The notes under the pieces are model-generated. The model saw only the letters and a program-made list of their open reading frames with translations. It was not told where the DNA came from and did not search any database. 64,000 nucleotides of DNA from Octopus sinensis (lineage: Eukaryota), in the NCBI RefSeq assembly GCF_006345805.1, contig NC_043000.1, forward strand, positions 60,822,001-60,886,000. The letters are read 5' to 3'. Below are positions 38,269-51,818 of the stretch, in pieces. Each line of letters begins with the position of its first letter. The first letter of the stretch is position 1. The position numbers and the translations under genes were made by a program.

Positions 38269-41200
38269 TGGCCTGCTCGCCTAGCCAGTGGGGTGGTTCA
38301 TTTGAAGGCTAAAACAATGCAAAACGCATTGTGACCAGCGATGTGTAACAACATCTGATAGCCTGGTCAGTCATGTGTTCATGTGATATATACATATATA
38401 CACACACACAGATATATCATCATGATCATCATCACCATTATCATTTTATGTCTATTTTTCATGCTGGCATGGATTGGATGGTTTGTTAGGAACTGACCAG
38501 CTGAAGAGCTGTCTGGGCTCCATGTCTGTTTTGGCATGGTTTCTATGACTGGATGCACTTCCTAATGCCAACCACTTTCCAGTGTGTACTGGGTGCTTTT
38601 ACACAGCACTGGCATGGGCACTTTTACATGGCACCAGCACCCATGAGCCCACAAGATTAGGAATGCTCAGCTGAAGAGGAATACAGGGGACATTCCTGTA
38701 TGCAAGGGCAACCACAATTTGAGAGAGAGAGAGAAATGCACATGTGTATGTGTGTATCTTTGTGAATTTTTGTCCCACCACTGCTTCACAACTGGTATTG
38801 GTTTGTTTGTATCCTCATAACATAGTGGTTTGGCAAAAGAGACCAACAGAATAATTACTAAGCTTAAAAACGTACTGGGGTTGATTTATTCAACTAAAAT
38901 CCTTCATAGTCCAGTGACTAAAACAAGTAAAAGCTAAAAAACAATGGATCTCGGTCAATTTCAATGAAGATTGTTCCAATTATTTAAGCTATGGAATAGC
39001 TGGCCTACTTATTAGTTTCAAATTTTGGCACAAGGCCAGCAATTTCAAGGAAGTTGCTAAGTCGATTACATCGACCCCAGAGCTCAACTGGTACTTATTT
39101 ATCGACTCTGAAAGGACAAAAGGCAAAGTTGACCTTGGTGGAATTTGAACTTAGAACGTAAAGATGAATGAAATACCACTAAGTGTTTTGCCCAGCATGC
39201 TAACAATTCTACCAACTCGCTACCTTAACTGGCCTACTTATTGACATAACATACAGTTGGATGAATATTCCACAAATATATGTATCCTTAAAGTAATTCT
39301 CTGGGAGAATTAGTTAGACAACATATGACAAAGCTGGAATAGTAGGTGCAATCAATTCAAAAATCTTTCAAACAGTCTGCATGTACCCAATTTCACTCAC
39401 AATGATTAGGTTGACTTGAGGTTATGCTAAAAGACACTTGTCTAAGATGCTAAGCAGTGGAACTGATCAAGGATCTTATTTTAAAACAAACTTCAAAGCC
39501 ATTTGGTCTGCATTTTCTGTTAACTAAGACAGGATTGTCAGCTTGAAGTTAACAGTTTCATTTAGAATTCTTAGTTCCAAGCCTTAATTTCATATGAATT
39601 CAAACAGCATTTTTCTTTACCCTCCCAGTATATTTTTATGAGTTTTATTTTATTTTAATTTTTTTTAAATATACAAGCAACTAAACTAAAAAAAAAAAGC
39701 AACAACCTAAGATAACGGATAAAAAAAATGAGAGAGAGTTGGACAGAAATTGCAACTGAAACTAAAATAGAAATTCAATAAAAGAAATGAAATTTCTTAT
39801 TGATTAAAATTTAAAATTATTTATAGTTTTCTTTCTTGCATTTGACAAACATACAATTTTATGTGTAAGATAATGTTCACTATGAGCTATTAATTTCAGC
39901 ATGAATAGAAAATGGATATTCTTTTTATTAAGAAAGTCTTATGGGCTAGTCACATCAATACCATTTCAAGAAACAAATAAATGGCTGCCATCAGGAAAGG
40001 TATCTGGCTAACTCATGTCAGATTGCCCTTTGTTCTTTGATATAGAATTCCTGTTTTAAAGTGGTCTAAATCAAAATTTTCCTTCAAACTTTCATGTTAA
40101 TTTATGTTTTACACACCAATTTAATAATGACAAATCTATTTTAATTAATTTTTCGTTATTTTATAAACTAATTGAAACAATGTCAATGTATAGTAAAAAA
40201 AGCAATAAGAAGTCTTGATCAACATATACCAGCATGGAAAAAAAAAAAAGGAGGCATATAAAGGATAATTATAATGGAGATGTTGATGATAATGATGATG
40301 ACAGCATGTAACTTGCTCTCCAGGAGAACCAATCATCAGCTATTGACTGGAGATTACAACAATTTTGGCATTGTCATTCCCTCTGATAGTGCCTATTGTG
40401 ATGATATCATCCCATCTAGTGGTGCCCAAGAGCAGTGATCAATGAATGTCCAGGTCCATTTGACCTAAACTGCAGCATATTCAAAATATACATACATGCC
40501 ATGCATATATGCCTATATTATATTCGCTTGTATGTCACAGGAAAATATAAGCATGCAGAATATGCACTTTGAGTGAATGTTTATATGTAGGCTCAAATTA
40601 TATGTATCTCGTACACACACATATCACCCCTCCTCAGACAGACACACACATGCTCCTAGACTTGTAGACATAAAAATGTAAATATAGTATAGATTCAGTA
40701 TTTTCTTGTCAGATTTTTGTCGATTTTAAAATTTTGCTATTTATTGAACTGTAAATAATATTCAATAGTTTATAGATTTCGTCTCAATCTCAAGAGTGCT
40801 TCAGAGCATGGCAAATTTGATGACATGTCTTTAAAATGAGAGAGAAGCATACTTGAAAGTTGGACAAAATTTTGAGTAAATATTGGAAATCTACTATTAA
40901 AAGAAGTCAAGTCATGTTTTCAACATTGCATGTCTAAAGGAATGAATACACACACACACCACCACCACCACTACTGCTGCTGCCATTGCTACCACTACCA
41001 TAATCATCATTATCATCATTTAACTTCTGTTTTCCAAGGTGGAATGGGTTGGATGGTTTGACAAGAGAAGGCCAGCTAAAGAGCTGTCTGGGCTCCCTTC
41101 CTAATGCCAGCCACTTTACTGAGTGTACTGAGTGCTATTACACAGCACTGGCATGGGCACTTTTATATGACACCAGCATGGGTGCTTTTACATGACACCA

Positions 41201-41419
41201 GCTCCCATGAGCTCACAAGATTAGGATCACTCAGCTGAAGACAGATGCAGGGGATATGCCTATGTGCTGGTATGGATGTGTGCTTAAGAAGTTCATTCCA
41301 CAACCATGTGGCCTAAGGACCTGTTCCACACACACACACACATGCAAACAGCACACTGTAAAGTTGGTGTTACAAAGGTTTTCCAGCCTTAGGAACTATG
41401 ATAAAGCAACTATGAAAAG

Positions 41420-41650
41420 GTGGTGAGCTGGCAGAAGTGTTAGTGTGCTGGGCGAAATGCTTAGCAGTATTTTGTCTCCCGTTATGTTCTCAGTTCAAAT
41501 TCTGCCGAGGTTGGCTTTGCCTTTCATCCTTTCAGGGTCGATAAATTAAGTACCAGTTACGCACTGGGGTCGATGCAATCAACTTAATCTCTTTGTCTGT
41601 CCTTGTTTGTCCCCTCTATGTTTAGCCCCTTGTGGGCAATAAAGAAATAA
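41420..41650 (+). mobile_element. tRNA-derived SINE family C (Meta-domain-like core); minus copies at about 19835-20050, 20250-20410, 32695-32880, 36345-36545 and 39010-39225
   Basis: Head ggtgagctggcagaa...gttcaaattc and core gcctttcatcctttcagggtcgataaattaagtaccag, which resembles the recalled MetaSINE central domain. Confidence 0.65.
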
Positions 41651-42559
41651 GGAACTATGATAAAGCAGACACTAAAGTATGATGTGGTCCTCAAACCTGC
41701 CAGATGGTGTCAAGTCATCCATTCCATGCCAGCAAGGAAGATGGACATTAAAAGGTGATGGCAATGATGATGATGATATATAACGTGTACAGACACTCCG
41801 ACATATATATATGTATACGCACACACACACACATACACACACACATCTATACTCACACATACATATATACATAGACACATAAACATAGTATACAAACATG
41901 CTTATAAGTATACTACATATACATTCATTTGCATAAACATGTACGTGTGATTTTGGGTATGTTTACATGTATACGTGAATGTACATATGTATATTTATTT
42001 ATATATAATTAAGGGTTTCTCTTCACCAGAAATTTACAATTACATTATGATTTATTGCTTCGTTTATAAAGAATGAGTTTGACGTTCTTTGTCCAACCTA
42101 TTATTACACTATCATCTTTAGTCCAGCGTAATCATATTTAGCTTTCTTTTTAAGTTGGCTTATTTTTTCTTCTATAGGTTAGAAAACAAGCAAGAAAATA
42201 AAATTTTTAAATTTTGGCTTTGTTCCACATAATTGTGTTTATCTTCTATTGATATTTGAAATACATATGAATTTCTTCAATATAAAAACAGGAAAAGCAA
42301 TGAATGCAACCTATCCGACATATTGCGGTATTTTAGATAAAAGACAATCTGAGGAACAAAATAATGTTAACCAACATAAACAGATTAATGTGTTAACTTG
42401 AAATTTTTCCTTTATTTTGCAAATTGTTTAGTTTGTCAATATTTGAATCAAATAAAAACCTGAAATTGAAAGCTCTTGCAAAACTGAACTTATGACTTGT
42501 TTTCACTGTTGTGATGCTTATGTTGTGTCCAGCCAATTATTTTACATTTAATAAGTATA

Positions 42560-42960
42560 GGTACAGGTGTGGTTGTGTGGTGAGAAGCTTGCTTCCCAAC
42601 CACATGTGTCTGGGTTTAGTCCCACTGTGTGACACCTTGGGAAAGTGTTTTCTACTAATGCTTAGGCTGATCAAATCCTTGTAAGTGGATTTGGTAGACG
42701 GAGACTGCAAGAAATATTATGCATATATATGTATGAATGTGTGTGTGTGCATTTGTTCCCATCACTGCTTGATAACTGGAGTTGGTGTGTTTATGTTTCC
42801 GTAACTTAGCAGTTTGGCAAAACAGACTGACAGAATAAGTAACAGTATTAACAAAAGAGAAAAAAAAATTAGTACTGGGTTCAATTCATTTGGCTAAAAT
42901 TCTTCAAAGCGGTGTCCCAGCATGGCAGCAGTCTAATGACTGAAACAAATAAAAAACAAA
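42560..42960 (+). mobile_element. SINE family A copy
   Basis: Head, core and tail homologous to 33935-34337. Confidence 0.7.
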
Positions 42961-43472
42961 AAGGTATGTGTGTGGATGAGTGTTTGTGTGAGAATATGTG
43001 GCCTAGTGGTTAGGGTGTTGCATTCCTGATGGCAAGAGTGTAGTTTCAATTCCTGGAACTGGCAGTGTATTGTATTCTTGAGTAAAACACTTCATTTCAT
43101 GTTGCTCTGCATTCACTTCAAAACCCAACAATAAATGGCACACTGTGAACCTGTACAGGTAATTGTTGATTTGATGGCAGGAGTGAACTACTACACAGCA
43201 CAGATGTTTGGTCATTATAAGCAAACCATCCATGTAAGTTGTTTAGCAAGAAATTATGAAACCCTCATCTGTGGTTAACGGCAAGAGGAACTACCACCAC
43301 TATCATCATCATCATCATCATCATCATCGTTTAACGTCCGCTTTCCGCGCTAGCACGGGTTGGACGGTTCGACCGGGTCTGGGAAGCCAGGGGCCGCTCC
43401 AGGCTCCAGTCTGAATCTGGCAGAGTTTCTACGGCTGGATGCCCTTCCTAACGCCAACCACTCCGTGAGTGG

Positions 43473-43530
<58 letters not shown>

Positions 43531-43764
43531 TATATATATTCTCTGATTCTTTTGTTCTTTTACTTATTTCAGTCATTTGACTGTGGCCATACTGGAGTAA
43601 TGCCTAGAAGGGCTTTTTTTTTTTAGTCAAACAAATGAACCCCAGGACTTATTTCTTATTACATCAGTTTCTTTTGCTGAACTGCTAATTTACAGGTGTA
43701 TGTAAACACACCAACGCTGGTTGTTAAGCGGTGATGGAGGAGTAAATACAGACACAAAGACACA

Positions 43765-44690
43765 GTACCCAGGTAGATACAGCAATTAAAGAAATGAAGA
43801 CAGGGAAAGCACCTGACCCATCAGCAATCACTGCTGGCATACTTAAAATATCGAGTGTTGTGGGTTATGGTCTTGTCATCCACATCGTAAATGAGGTAGA
43901 TCATGAAGGAGTCATACCCAATGACTGGTGTAGCAGCACCATAGTCAATTACTAGAAGTGAAAAGTGATGTTTTAGATAGAAATAACTATGAGGGTATCA
44001 AATTGCTGGATCAGGTGATGAAAGTTACAGAGAGGGTCACAGCTCATCTAACAACGGAGACAGCCTAGATGAGATGCAGTTTGGTTTTGTGCCAAGCAGA
44101 CGCATTACTGATGCTATATTTATGGTAAGGCAACTGCAGGAGAAATACCTAATCAAAGATAAACCTCTGTACTTGGCTTTTGTTGACATGGAGAGAGCCT
44201 TTGACAGGGTCCCCCGATACCTTATCTGGTGGTCAATGCAGAAACTGGGGATAGACAAGTGGCTAGTAAGAGCTGTACAAGCCCTGTACAGGGATGCTGT
44301 CAGTAAGGTGAGGGTTGGCAGTGGGAATAGTGAAGAATTCCAAGTAGAAGTAGGGGTTCACCAAGGATCAGTCCTCAGCTCCCTCTTATTCATTATAGTC
44401 CTCCAGGAATTCAAGACAGGCTGCCCCTGGGAGCTCCTCTATGCTGATGATCTTGCTTTAATAGCTGAGTCACTGCCAGAACTGGTGACAAAGTTTAGGG
44501 TGTGGAAGCAAGGTCTGGAATCGAAGGGCCTTAGGGTTAACCTAGCCAAATTCGAAGTCTTAGTAAGTAGGAAGGCTGTCAAATCACAACTCCCTTCAGG
44601 TAGATGACCCTGCTCGATCTGTAGAAAAGGCGTGGGTAGAAACTCCATATGATGTACACACACCAATTAACTGAAATACAAAGGCAATAC
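43765..44690 (+). mobile_element. RTE-clade LINE reverse transcriptase fragment
   Basis: ORF 44074-44607: QFGFVP..ITDAIF.VRQLQEKY, FVDMERAFDRVP, GVHQGSVLS.LLF, LLYADDL. Upstream decayed GKAP and NDWCSS..V motifs. Confidence 0.92.
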
Positions 44691-44724
44691 GTAAATGGAT
44701 ATATTGTAAATAGAGCTATTTGTT

Positions 44725-45220
44725 TAGTCAAAGGTGCACACATGGATGTGTGGTAAGAAGTTTGCTTCCCAACCACATGGTCCTGAGTTCAATCCCACTG
44801 CATAGCAACTTGAGTAAGTGTCTTCTGCTTAAGCCCCAGACTGACCATGGCCTTGTGAGTGGATCTGGTAGATGGAAACTGACAGAAGTTCATTGGATAT
44901 AATGGCCACATGTGTGTGTCTGTGTTCATATGTATGTTTGTATTCACATATGTGTGTGTGTATGTGTTACTGTCTTCTTGCTTTGACATTGCATAATAAT
45001 TGTAAATGAATATCTCTGTTATGCATTCAGTGTTCTTTGTTCCCATTTTTCTGTGAGAACATGCCTGGTTATGGGGAAATATTACCTTACACTTGGAAAC
45101 AGGTGAGAGTTGGTGATGGAAAAGGCATTTGACTGTAGAAAATCTGCTGCCTTAACAAACTTCCATCTGACCCATGCTAGCATGGAAAAGTGGACGTTAA
45201 AACGAGGATGATGACGATGT
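44725..45220 (+). mobile_element. tRNA-derived SINE with RTE-type 3' tail (family B); related older copies at about 3385-3745 and 5295-5610
   Basis: Family-A-like head and core, followed by ...gaaacaggtgagagttgg...ccatgctagcatggaaaagtggacgttaaa(gat)n, the same tail as the RTE 3'-end repeats. Confidence 0.65.
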
Positions 45221-45345
45221 GTATGTTCAATAGGCATACATTTAAACTCACTGTGTAAACAGTAGTTAAACCATAGAACTATCTCCGCAAACTAAAGTAT
45301 AACTTCATAAGGCTTCCTTGTTTTGGCAGATGTGTTTACTTCATC

Positions 45346-45434
<89 letters not shown>

Positions 45435-46055
45435 AAAATAGGAGTGGGGAAGAGAGGGAAAGGGAGAGAGAGAGGAAACAGAAGAAAGAAAGAGTGTAGG
45501 ATTAGCACATTAATTTTTGATGCGTATTAAATTAACAGAAGTACTGTGATAATGTATTGAGGATAAGTGTAAATAAATTTACACGTGTATATCTAATAAG
45601 CATGCATTTAAAGTTACTACATTTAGAGCTCTCTTTGCAGATTAGATGAGGGTGGAGGCTGTGATTTGATTATGAGTGCGTGGGAAGGGGGATATTTGCA
45701 CAGTGAGATTAAATGTGTGTTTATTAAATATACTCATCTAAACCTATTTACAATCCATTGATCCATCTATCTATCATTAAGATTCTGTTGAATTAGGTAC
45801 TTAAATTGAGGCACCTTGCTAGGTTGGTATAATCCACACATCCAAACAATATTAATTGAATATTGAATATCAAGACTCCGTGCGGGGGTGTTTGTACCTG
45901 ATAATCCTGCCGTGTGTGCAGACAACGCAACCCAGCTAAGTGAAGATATCTGCTTTTGCTAATTCAGATGTGTACTTTTTATAAAGGTACTTTCATAGTG
46001 TTTCCAAATTGCTGGTTCCAGGTTAGGTGAATAAAATATGGGTAACAATGACACC

Positions 46056-46324
46056 TGTACATCTTTACATTATTTACATTTGATGGATATTTGTCCTCAT
46101 CTTGTTTATTGTTAACACGTTTCGGCTGATATACGCTCCAGCTTCCATCAAGTATCTTGGGGAAATTTCAAACCTGGGTTGTCATTCCTATGGTATTTTT
46201 CGATGTAATTATTATTATTATTATTATTATTCAGGTCACAGCCAGGAATCAAACTTGGAAACTTGGGGTTAGTAGCCTGTGCTCTTAACCACTATGCTAT
46301 ATGCCTGTGGGCCCACGGGCATAT
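46056..46324 (-). mobile_element. Partial second copy (one arm plus centre) of the foldback element
   Basis: Aligns by eye to 47641-47900. Has a tRNA-like head, (AAT)n, a hammerhead-like tail and the centre palindrome ATATGCCTGTGGGCCCACGGGCATAT. Confidence 0.8.
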
Positions 46325-47781
46325 TATGAGTTGAAGAAACATCTTTTCTTACCATCTACAACTTAACGCAATAGGTTTTTCACAATATTCTACTTTTCTT
46401 CTAAAATTTTACCTTAGGGAATAAGTACATTTAATTACTCAACTTGAACAGACTTCATTACTATAAACAATATTTTCACAAGCCTTTAAGTGAAAATATT
46501 TACATATAACATTTCCAACTACATACAACTTAATGCAACATTTTTTCTCACAATATTCTAATTTTCCAACAATATGTTACCCAGTGGTATATATCTAATT
46601 ACTTTAAAGTAGATTTCATTATCATATACATTTTGTCACTTTTATCCAAATGTATTTTGACATCTTTCTTAGCTGATATAATGCAGTGCACAAATTTTCT
46701 CACATTATTTTACTTTTCTTACAATATGTTATCGAGTGGAATATGTTTAATTACTATATACTGATTGGTGGATTTTTTTTTTTTTTGTTACAATGCCCTA
46801 CTTATAAATTACTGGTGCATTAACAATGTTTTGTTACAATGCTTTACTGTACTGCAGAATATGCCTATAGATCTTTAACCAGTTGTATATGTAGAGACAA
46901 AAACAGTTGTTTAGATATGTTTCTGCATAACAGTTGTAGGATAAAAATCTCCAGATATGTTCTGTTGTACAGTGTAGCTCTACTTATAATATGCTCCTTA
47001 TTTGGTTACAGCCAAATACATTGATGAAATTTTAATTATGGAAAAGTAGTTAATTTTCCCTAGGTATTTGTACAATATTTGTGATAGACAGATACAATAA
47101 ACTAGATTCGTCCTTGGTCAATGAGAGAGAGAGAGAGAGAGCATCTGTTTGCTAGAAAAAGTAGCAAAATCTTCCTTATGTCATTCCTATCACCTTTAAA
47201 AAAAATGGAAAATGTAATACTAGATGAATGGTGTCTGAGGAAAATACAGGGTGATCATGGCCAGAATGCCCTTGATCATATGTGTGAATGATCAGGAATG
47301 GCCTGCAACCAATCAACAACTAGTAATTATTGATAAGCTCCCTGACTGAAACTTGTGATCAATACCTAGCTGTGGTCATTTCATTTTCACACACACACTA
47401 TTTTCTTGACTTTTATGTCAATAAGATTGATCACCAGTTGATAGATATCACTCTTCAATAATGCATAGTTGTTATACTGACAGTCATTTAAGTCTAAATT
47501 ATATTTCTTTCAGAAAATAGGAAGAAAAAGAAAACATTTCAATGCAAGAAAAATATAATACACTAAGTCTAGTTGCATAACAAAAATATGTTTGTTAACT
47601 ACCGATGATTTACAGTTCTATATTTAAGAGATGAGGAATTATGTACATTATTTACATTTGATGGATATTTGTCCTCATCTTGTTTGTTAACACATTTCAG
47701 CTGACATACTCTCCAGCCTTCATCAGATGTCTTGAGAAATTTCAAACCTGGGTTCTCATTCTTAAGGTATTTTTCAATGTA

Positions 47782-47818
<37 letters not shown>

Positions 47819-47961
47819 CCACAGCCTGGAATTGAACTCAGAATCTTGGGGTTAGTGGCCTGTGCTCTTAACCACTACATCATATGCCCATGGGCATATG
47901 GCTGTGACCTGAATAATAATGATAATAATAATAATAATAATAAGAATAATAATAATAATAA

Positions 47962-48170
47962 GACACCATAGAAACCATCAGCCACCATAGAAACCATCAT
48001 GCCACCATAGAAACCATCATTGACATTGATGCCACCATAGAAACCATCATTGACATTGATGCCACCATAGAAACCATCATTGACATTGATGCCACCATAG
48101 AAACCATCATTGACATTGATGCCACCATAGAAACCATAATTGATATTGATGCCACCATAGAAACCATCAA
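47962..48170 (+). repeat. Minisatellite at the LINE 5' junction (core CACCATAGAAACCAT x8; 30-nt unit x5)
   Basis: GCCACCATAGAAACCATCATTGACATTGAT repeated 48001-48150 (fifth copy has 2 changes), preceded by 19- and 20-nt partial units. Confidence 0.95.
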
Positions 48171-50833
48171 GCAAAATGTATGTGCTAAAGCTGCTAGCAT
48201 AGCGAGGTATGAAAAGCGTGTTAGATTCTTCAATGACAATAACATGTTCAAAAATAACCCCAAAACTTTTTACAGGAAGATAGGGAAAACACCAGTGACT
48301 GTAAAGTCTGTACCATCAAAAGAAGAAGTGCAGAGATTTTAGAATAAAATTTGGGCAGAAGAAAAAACACACAACGAAAAGGGTCCTTGGATTGATAGAG
48401 AAGCAAAAGTGGGAGGGTGTCAAGGTAGAAGATATAAGATCTGCTTTCAGGAAGTCAAGCAAATGGAAGTCTCCAGGAAAGGATAAAATTCCTAACTTCT
48501 GGTTGAATGCCTTCCCAGAGAGCCATGAACTGCTAACAGAATTTACAATGATGTTTGGCAACACCCTAGTAGGATGCCTTCTTGGCTAGTTAATGGTTTA
48601 ACATTCCTGCTTCCAAAAAGTGAAGAAACAAATGAACCCAAAGACTATAGACCCATAACCTGCTTTACAACTATGTATAAAACGCTAACATCTGTCCTGA
48701 CTGAATATACCTATAGTTTTTTAAAAGAAAGCAGTATATTCCCTAATGAACAAAAAGGATGTAAACGTGGATCCTATGGTTGTAAAGATCAGCTACTCTT
48801 CAATAAGATGATCTTAGAAGATTGACACAAATGACACAAAAACTTGTCAACAGCCTGGATAGACTATAAAAAAGCTTTTGATAGCCTACCACATGGCTGG
48901 ATTAAGAAATGTCTGGAAATATATAAAATAGCGCCTACTCTGCGAAACTTTTTGTCTGTAAGTATGAGATCATGAAGAACCACACTAAATTTGAATGGTG
49001 ACAATGAATCTCTAAATGCTGGTGATGTAAAACTTTCATGTGGCATCTTCCAGGGTGACTCACTATCACCACTCCTCTTTTGTCTAGCCTTAATACCTCT
49101 CTCAAAATTGCTCAATGATGCACAGTATGGGTATAAAATGTTTGATAAAAATATAAATCATCTCATTTACATGGATAATTTAAAGCTCTTTGCAAAAAAT
49201 AACCAACAACTCAAGGGCTTACTAACAATTGTTAAACAATTCAGTGATGACATCAGAATGCAATTTGGCCTCGATAAATGTGCAAAAGCTACCTTTATCA
49301 AAGAAAAAATGACAAACATCTAACGTTAACCTTGACCAGCAGAATGTCATAAAAGAGTTAGACCCAGCGGAGAGCTACAACTACCTAGGGGTAATTGAAG
49401 GGGATGGAATAAGGCATTCAGTGATGAAGGAAAGGATTAGGAGAGAATGTTATTGCAGAGTAAGAGCAATACTCAAGACAGCTGAATGCAAGAAACAGGA
49501 TTGAAGCGATCAATACTTTAGCCATACCAGTCATGACTTACAGTTTCAATATCGTTAACTGGTCAATTACTGAAATATGTAATCTTGACAGAAAAATACA
49601 AAAACTGTTGACAATGCATAGAATGCACCACCCTAAGGCAGATATAGAATGACTTTATCTGCCAATAACAATACAACTGGCAATAACAATGAAGATTGCT
49701 ACAATTGGCTTGAAAAACTCTGAGGACTGGATGTTAAAACTTGTCTCAAAATATGAAAACAAGGAAGCATCATACTCAGTAACAAAACAAGCAAAGGAAT
49801 ATCTAAGTGAATTCTGAATGCAGCAAATTTCAGAATTAGACATACAAGAAACAAGCGCAGAAAAAGATAAGCACATGAAAACCCGTGCTAAAACTGCTGC
49901 CTTAGATATTCTGATTGATAAATGGCAAGAAAAACCTCTCAATGGCAAATACCCAAAGAGAGCAAATAATGCCGATGTTGACAAAGCCCTGACCCATCAA
50001 CGGCTTAAGGTCTCTGGCTTAAAATCTGAAACAGAAGGGTTTATTATAGCAGCTCAAGATCAATGTCTACTTACAAGAAACTACCAGGCCAACATATTAA
50101 AGAATGGCAGTAGCCTAACATGTCATGTATGTCAACAACAAAATGAAACCATTTATCATGTTGTCTCCATGTGCAGTCTCCTTGCGCCTACAGAGTATCT
50201 CAACAGGCATGATAGAGCTGCAGAACATATTCACTGGGTAATTTGCAAAAGCCTGGACTTGCCCCATGATAAAAACTGGTGGGAACACAAACCACCTCCA
50301 GTGCTGACAGAAAGATAGATGCGAATAGGCCAGACATCATATTGAAAGACTTCAGACAAAAATCATGCCTCTTCATTGATATGACTGTCCCAATCAATAT
50401 AAATGTATCTGTCAAGACCTACCAAAAGCTGAGCAAATATAAATATCGTGAAATAGAAATTAGCAAAATGTGGAACCTGAAGACTAAAACAATACCTGTT
50501 GTCATAGGTGCCCTGGGAATGATAGCAAAAGGGACTGATTGCTACCTAACTCAAGTACCAAGAAACCCAAAAATGGCAGAAATTCAAAAGATAGTGCTCA
50601 TGGGAACTGCTCATATCCTACGCAAAATACTTTCTATGTAATTTCAAGTTTTAAAACAAACATAATTTTCTTATGGTTTCTTAGACATTCACTAGTACAA
50701 CACTAAGTACAAAACCAAATATATGGCAGCCTAGGCATAACACCAGCATGAACTTCCAACTTGTTGTCTCTTGAGGTCTCTGGGTGAGACTTGGAGCCAA
50801 TTTGTACAAATGTAAAGCAAAAGTCAAACATAA
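47962..50833 (+). mobile_element. 5'-truncated Dong/R4-clade non-LTR retrotransposon (RT plus C-terminal CCHC and restriction-like endonuclease)
   Basis: Fragments: QKGCKRGS.GCKDQL, DYKKAFDS.PH, GIFQGDSLSPLLFC, LIYMDNLKLF, GLKSETEGFIIAAQDQ, CHVCQQQNETIYHVVSMC, RHD, RPDIILKD..IDMTVP, KLSKY, PVVIGALG. 3'UTR ends in (TAA)n. Several stops and frameshifts. Confidence 0.9.
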
Positions 50834-51056
50834 AATAATAATAATAATAATAATTAAATCGAAAAATACCTTAGGAATGAGAACCCAGGTTTGAAATTTC
50901 CCCAAGACATCTGATGAAGGCTGGAGGTTATATCAGCCAAAACATGTTAACAACAAACAAGATGAGGACAAATATCTGTCAAATTTAAATAACCTAAATA
51001 ATGTACATAATTCCTAATCTCTTAAATACAGAACTGTACATCTTTGTTATTCATTT

Positions 51057-51520
<464 letters not shown>

Positions 51521-51525
51521 TTTCA

Positions 51526-51713
51526 TGACCGCGTGTGTACCATTGGCATTTTTTTTTCCTCTTGATCTTTCCTTCTATGTTTCCGACGAAGAGCTCTGCT
51601 CAAGACGTTAAACCCTCCTTCTTCCCTTCCTTCCTGAGCATTCAATAATACTATATTTGTTCCACTCCTCACGTTGTTGTGTTTTCTCTTTGTGTTTTCA
51701 TGTTTGGATTAAC
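51526..51713 (+). mobile_element. Same Penelope-like hammerhead-motif repeat
   Basis: GTTT-CCGACGA-A-GAGC-TCT-GCTC-AAGAC-GTT-AAAC (51579-51613). Followed by (TA)n. Confidence 0.65.
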
Positions 51714-51771
51714 TATATATATATATATATACAGAGAGAGAGATAGAGAGGGAGAGAGAGGGAGGGAGAGA

Positions 51772-51818
<47 letters not shown>

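Larger units (their letters stand above)
47613..51036. mobile_element. Palindromic foldback element with TA TSD, split by the Dong/R4 insertion
   Basis: TA|CAGTTCTATATTTAAGAGATGAGGAATTATGTACATT at left and AATGTACATAATTCCTAATCTCTTAAATACAGAACTG|TA at right. Arms of about 170 nt are reverse complements. Centre palindrome CATATGCCCA|TGGGCATATG at 47881-47900. Confidence 0.8.

Noticed and set aside
47815-47889. tRNA gene calls here and at the many SINE heads
   Set aside because: No complete acceptor stem, degenerate boxes, and fused to repeat bodies; these are SINE-type heads.
48001-48170. 30-nt direct repeat array resembling CRISPR
   Set aside because: Units are contiguous with no unique spacers, they derive from the LINE ORF, the context is eukaryotic and there are no cas genes.
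47875-50415. Minus-strand ORFs over the Dong LINE, and likewise over RTE at 44037-44776
   Set aside because: Antisense shadows of the LINE ORF and its minisatellite.
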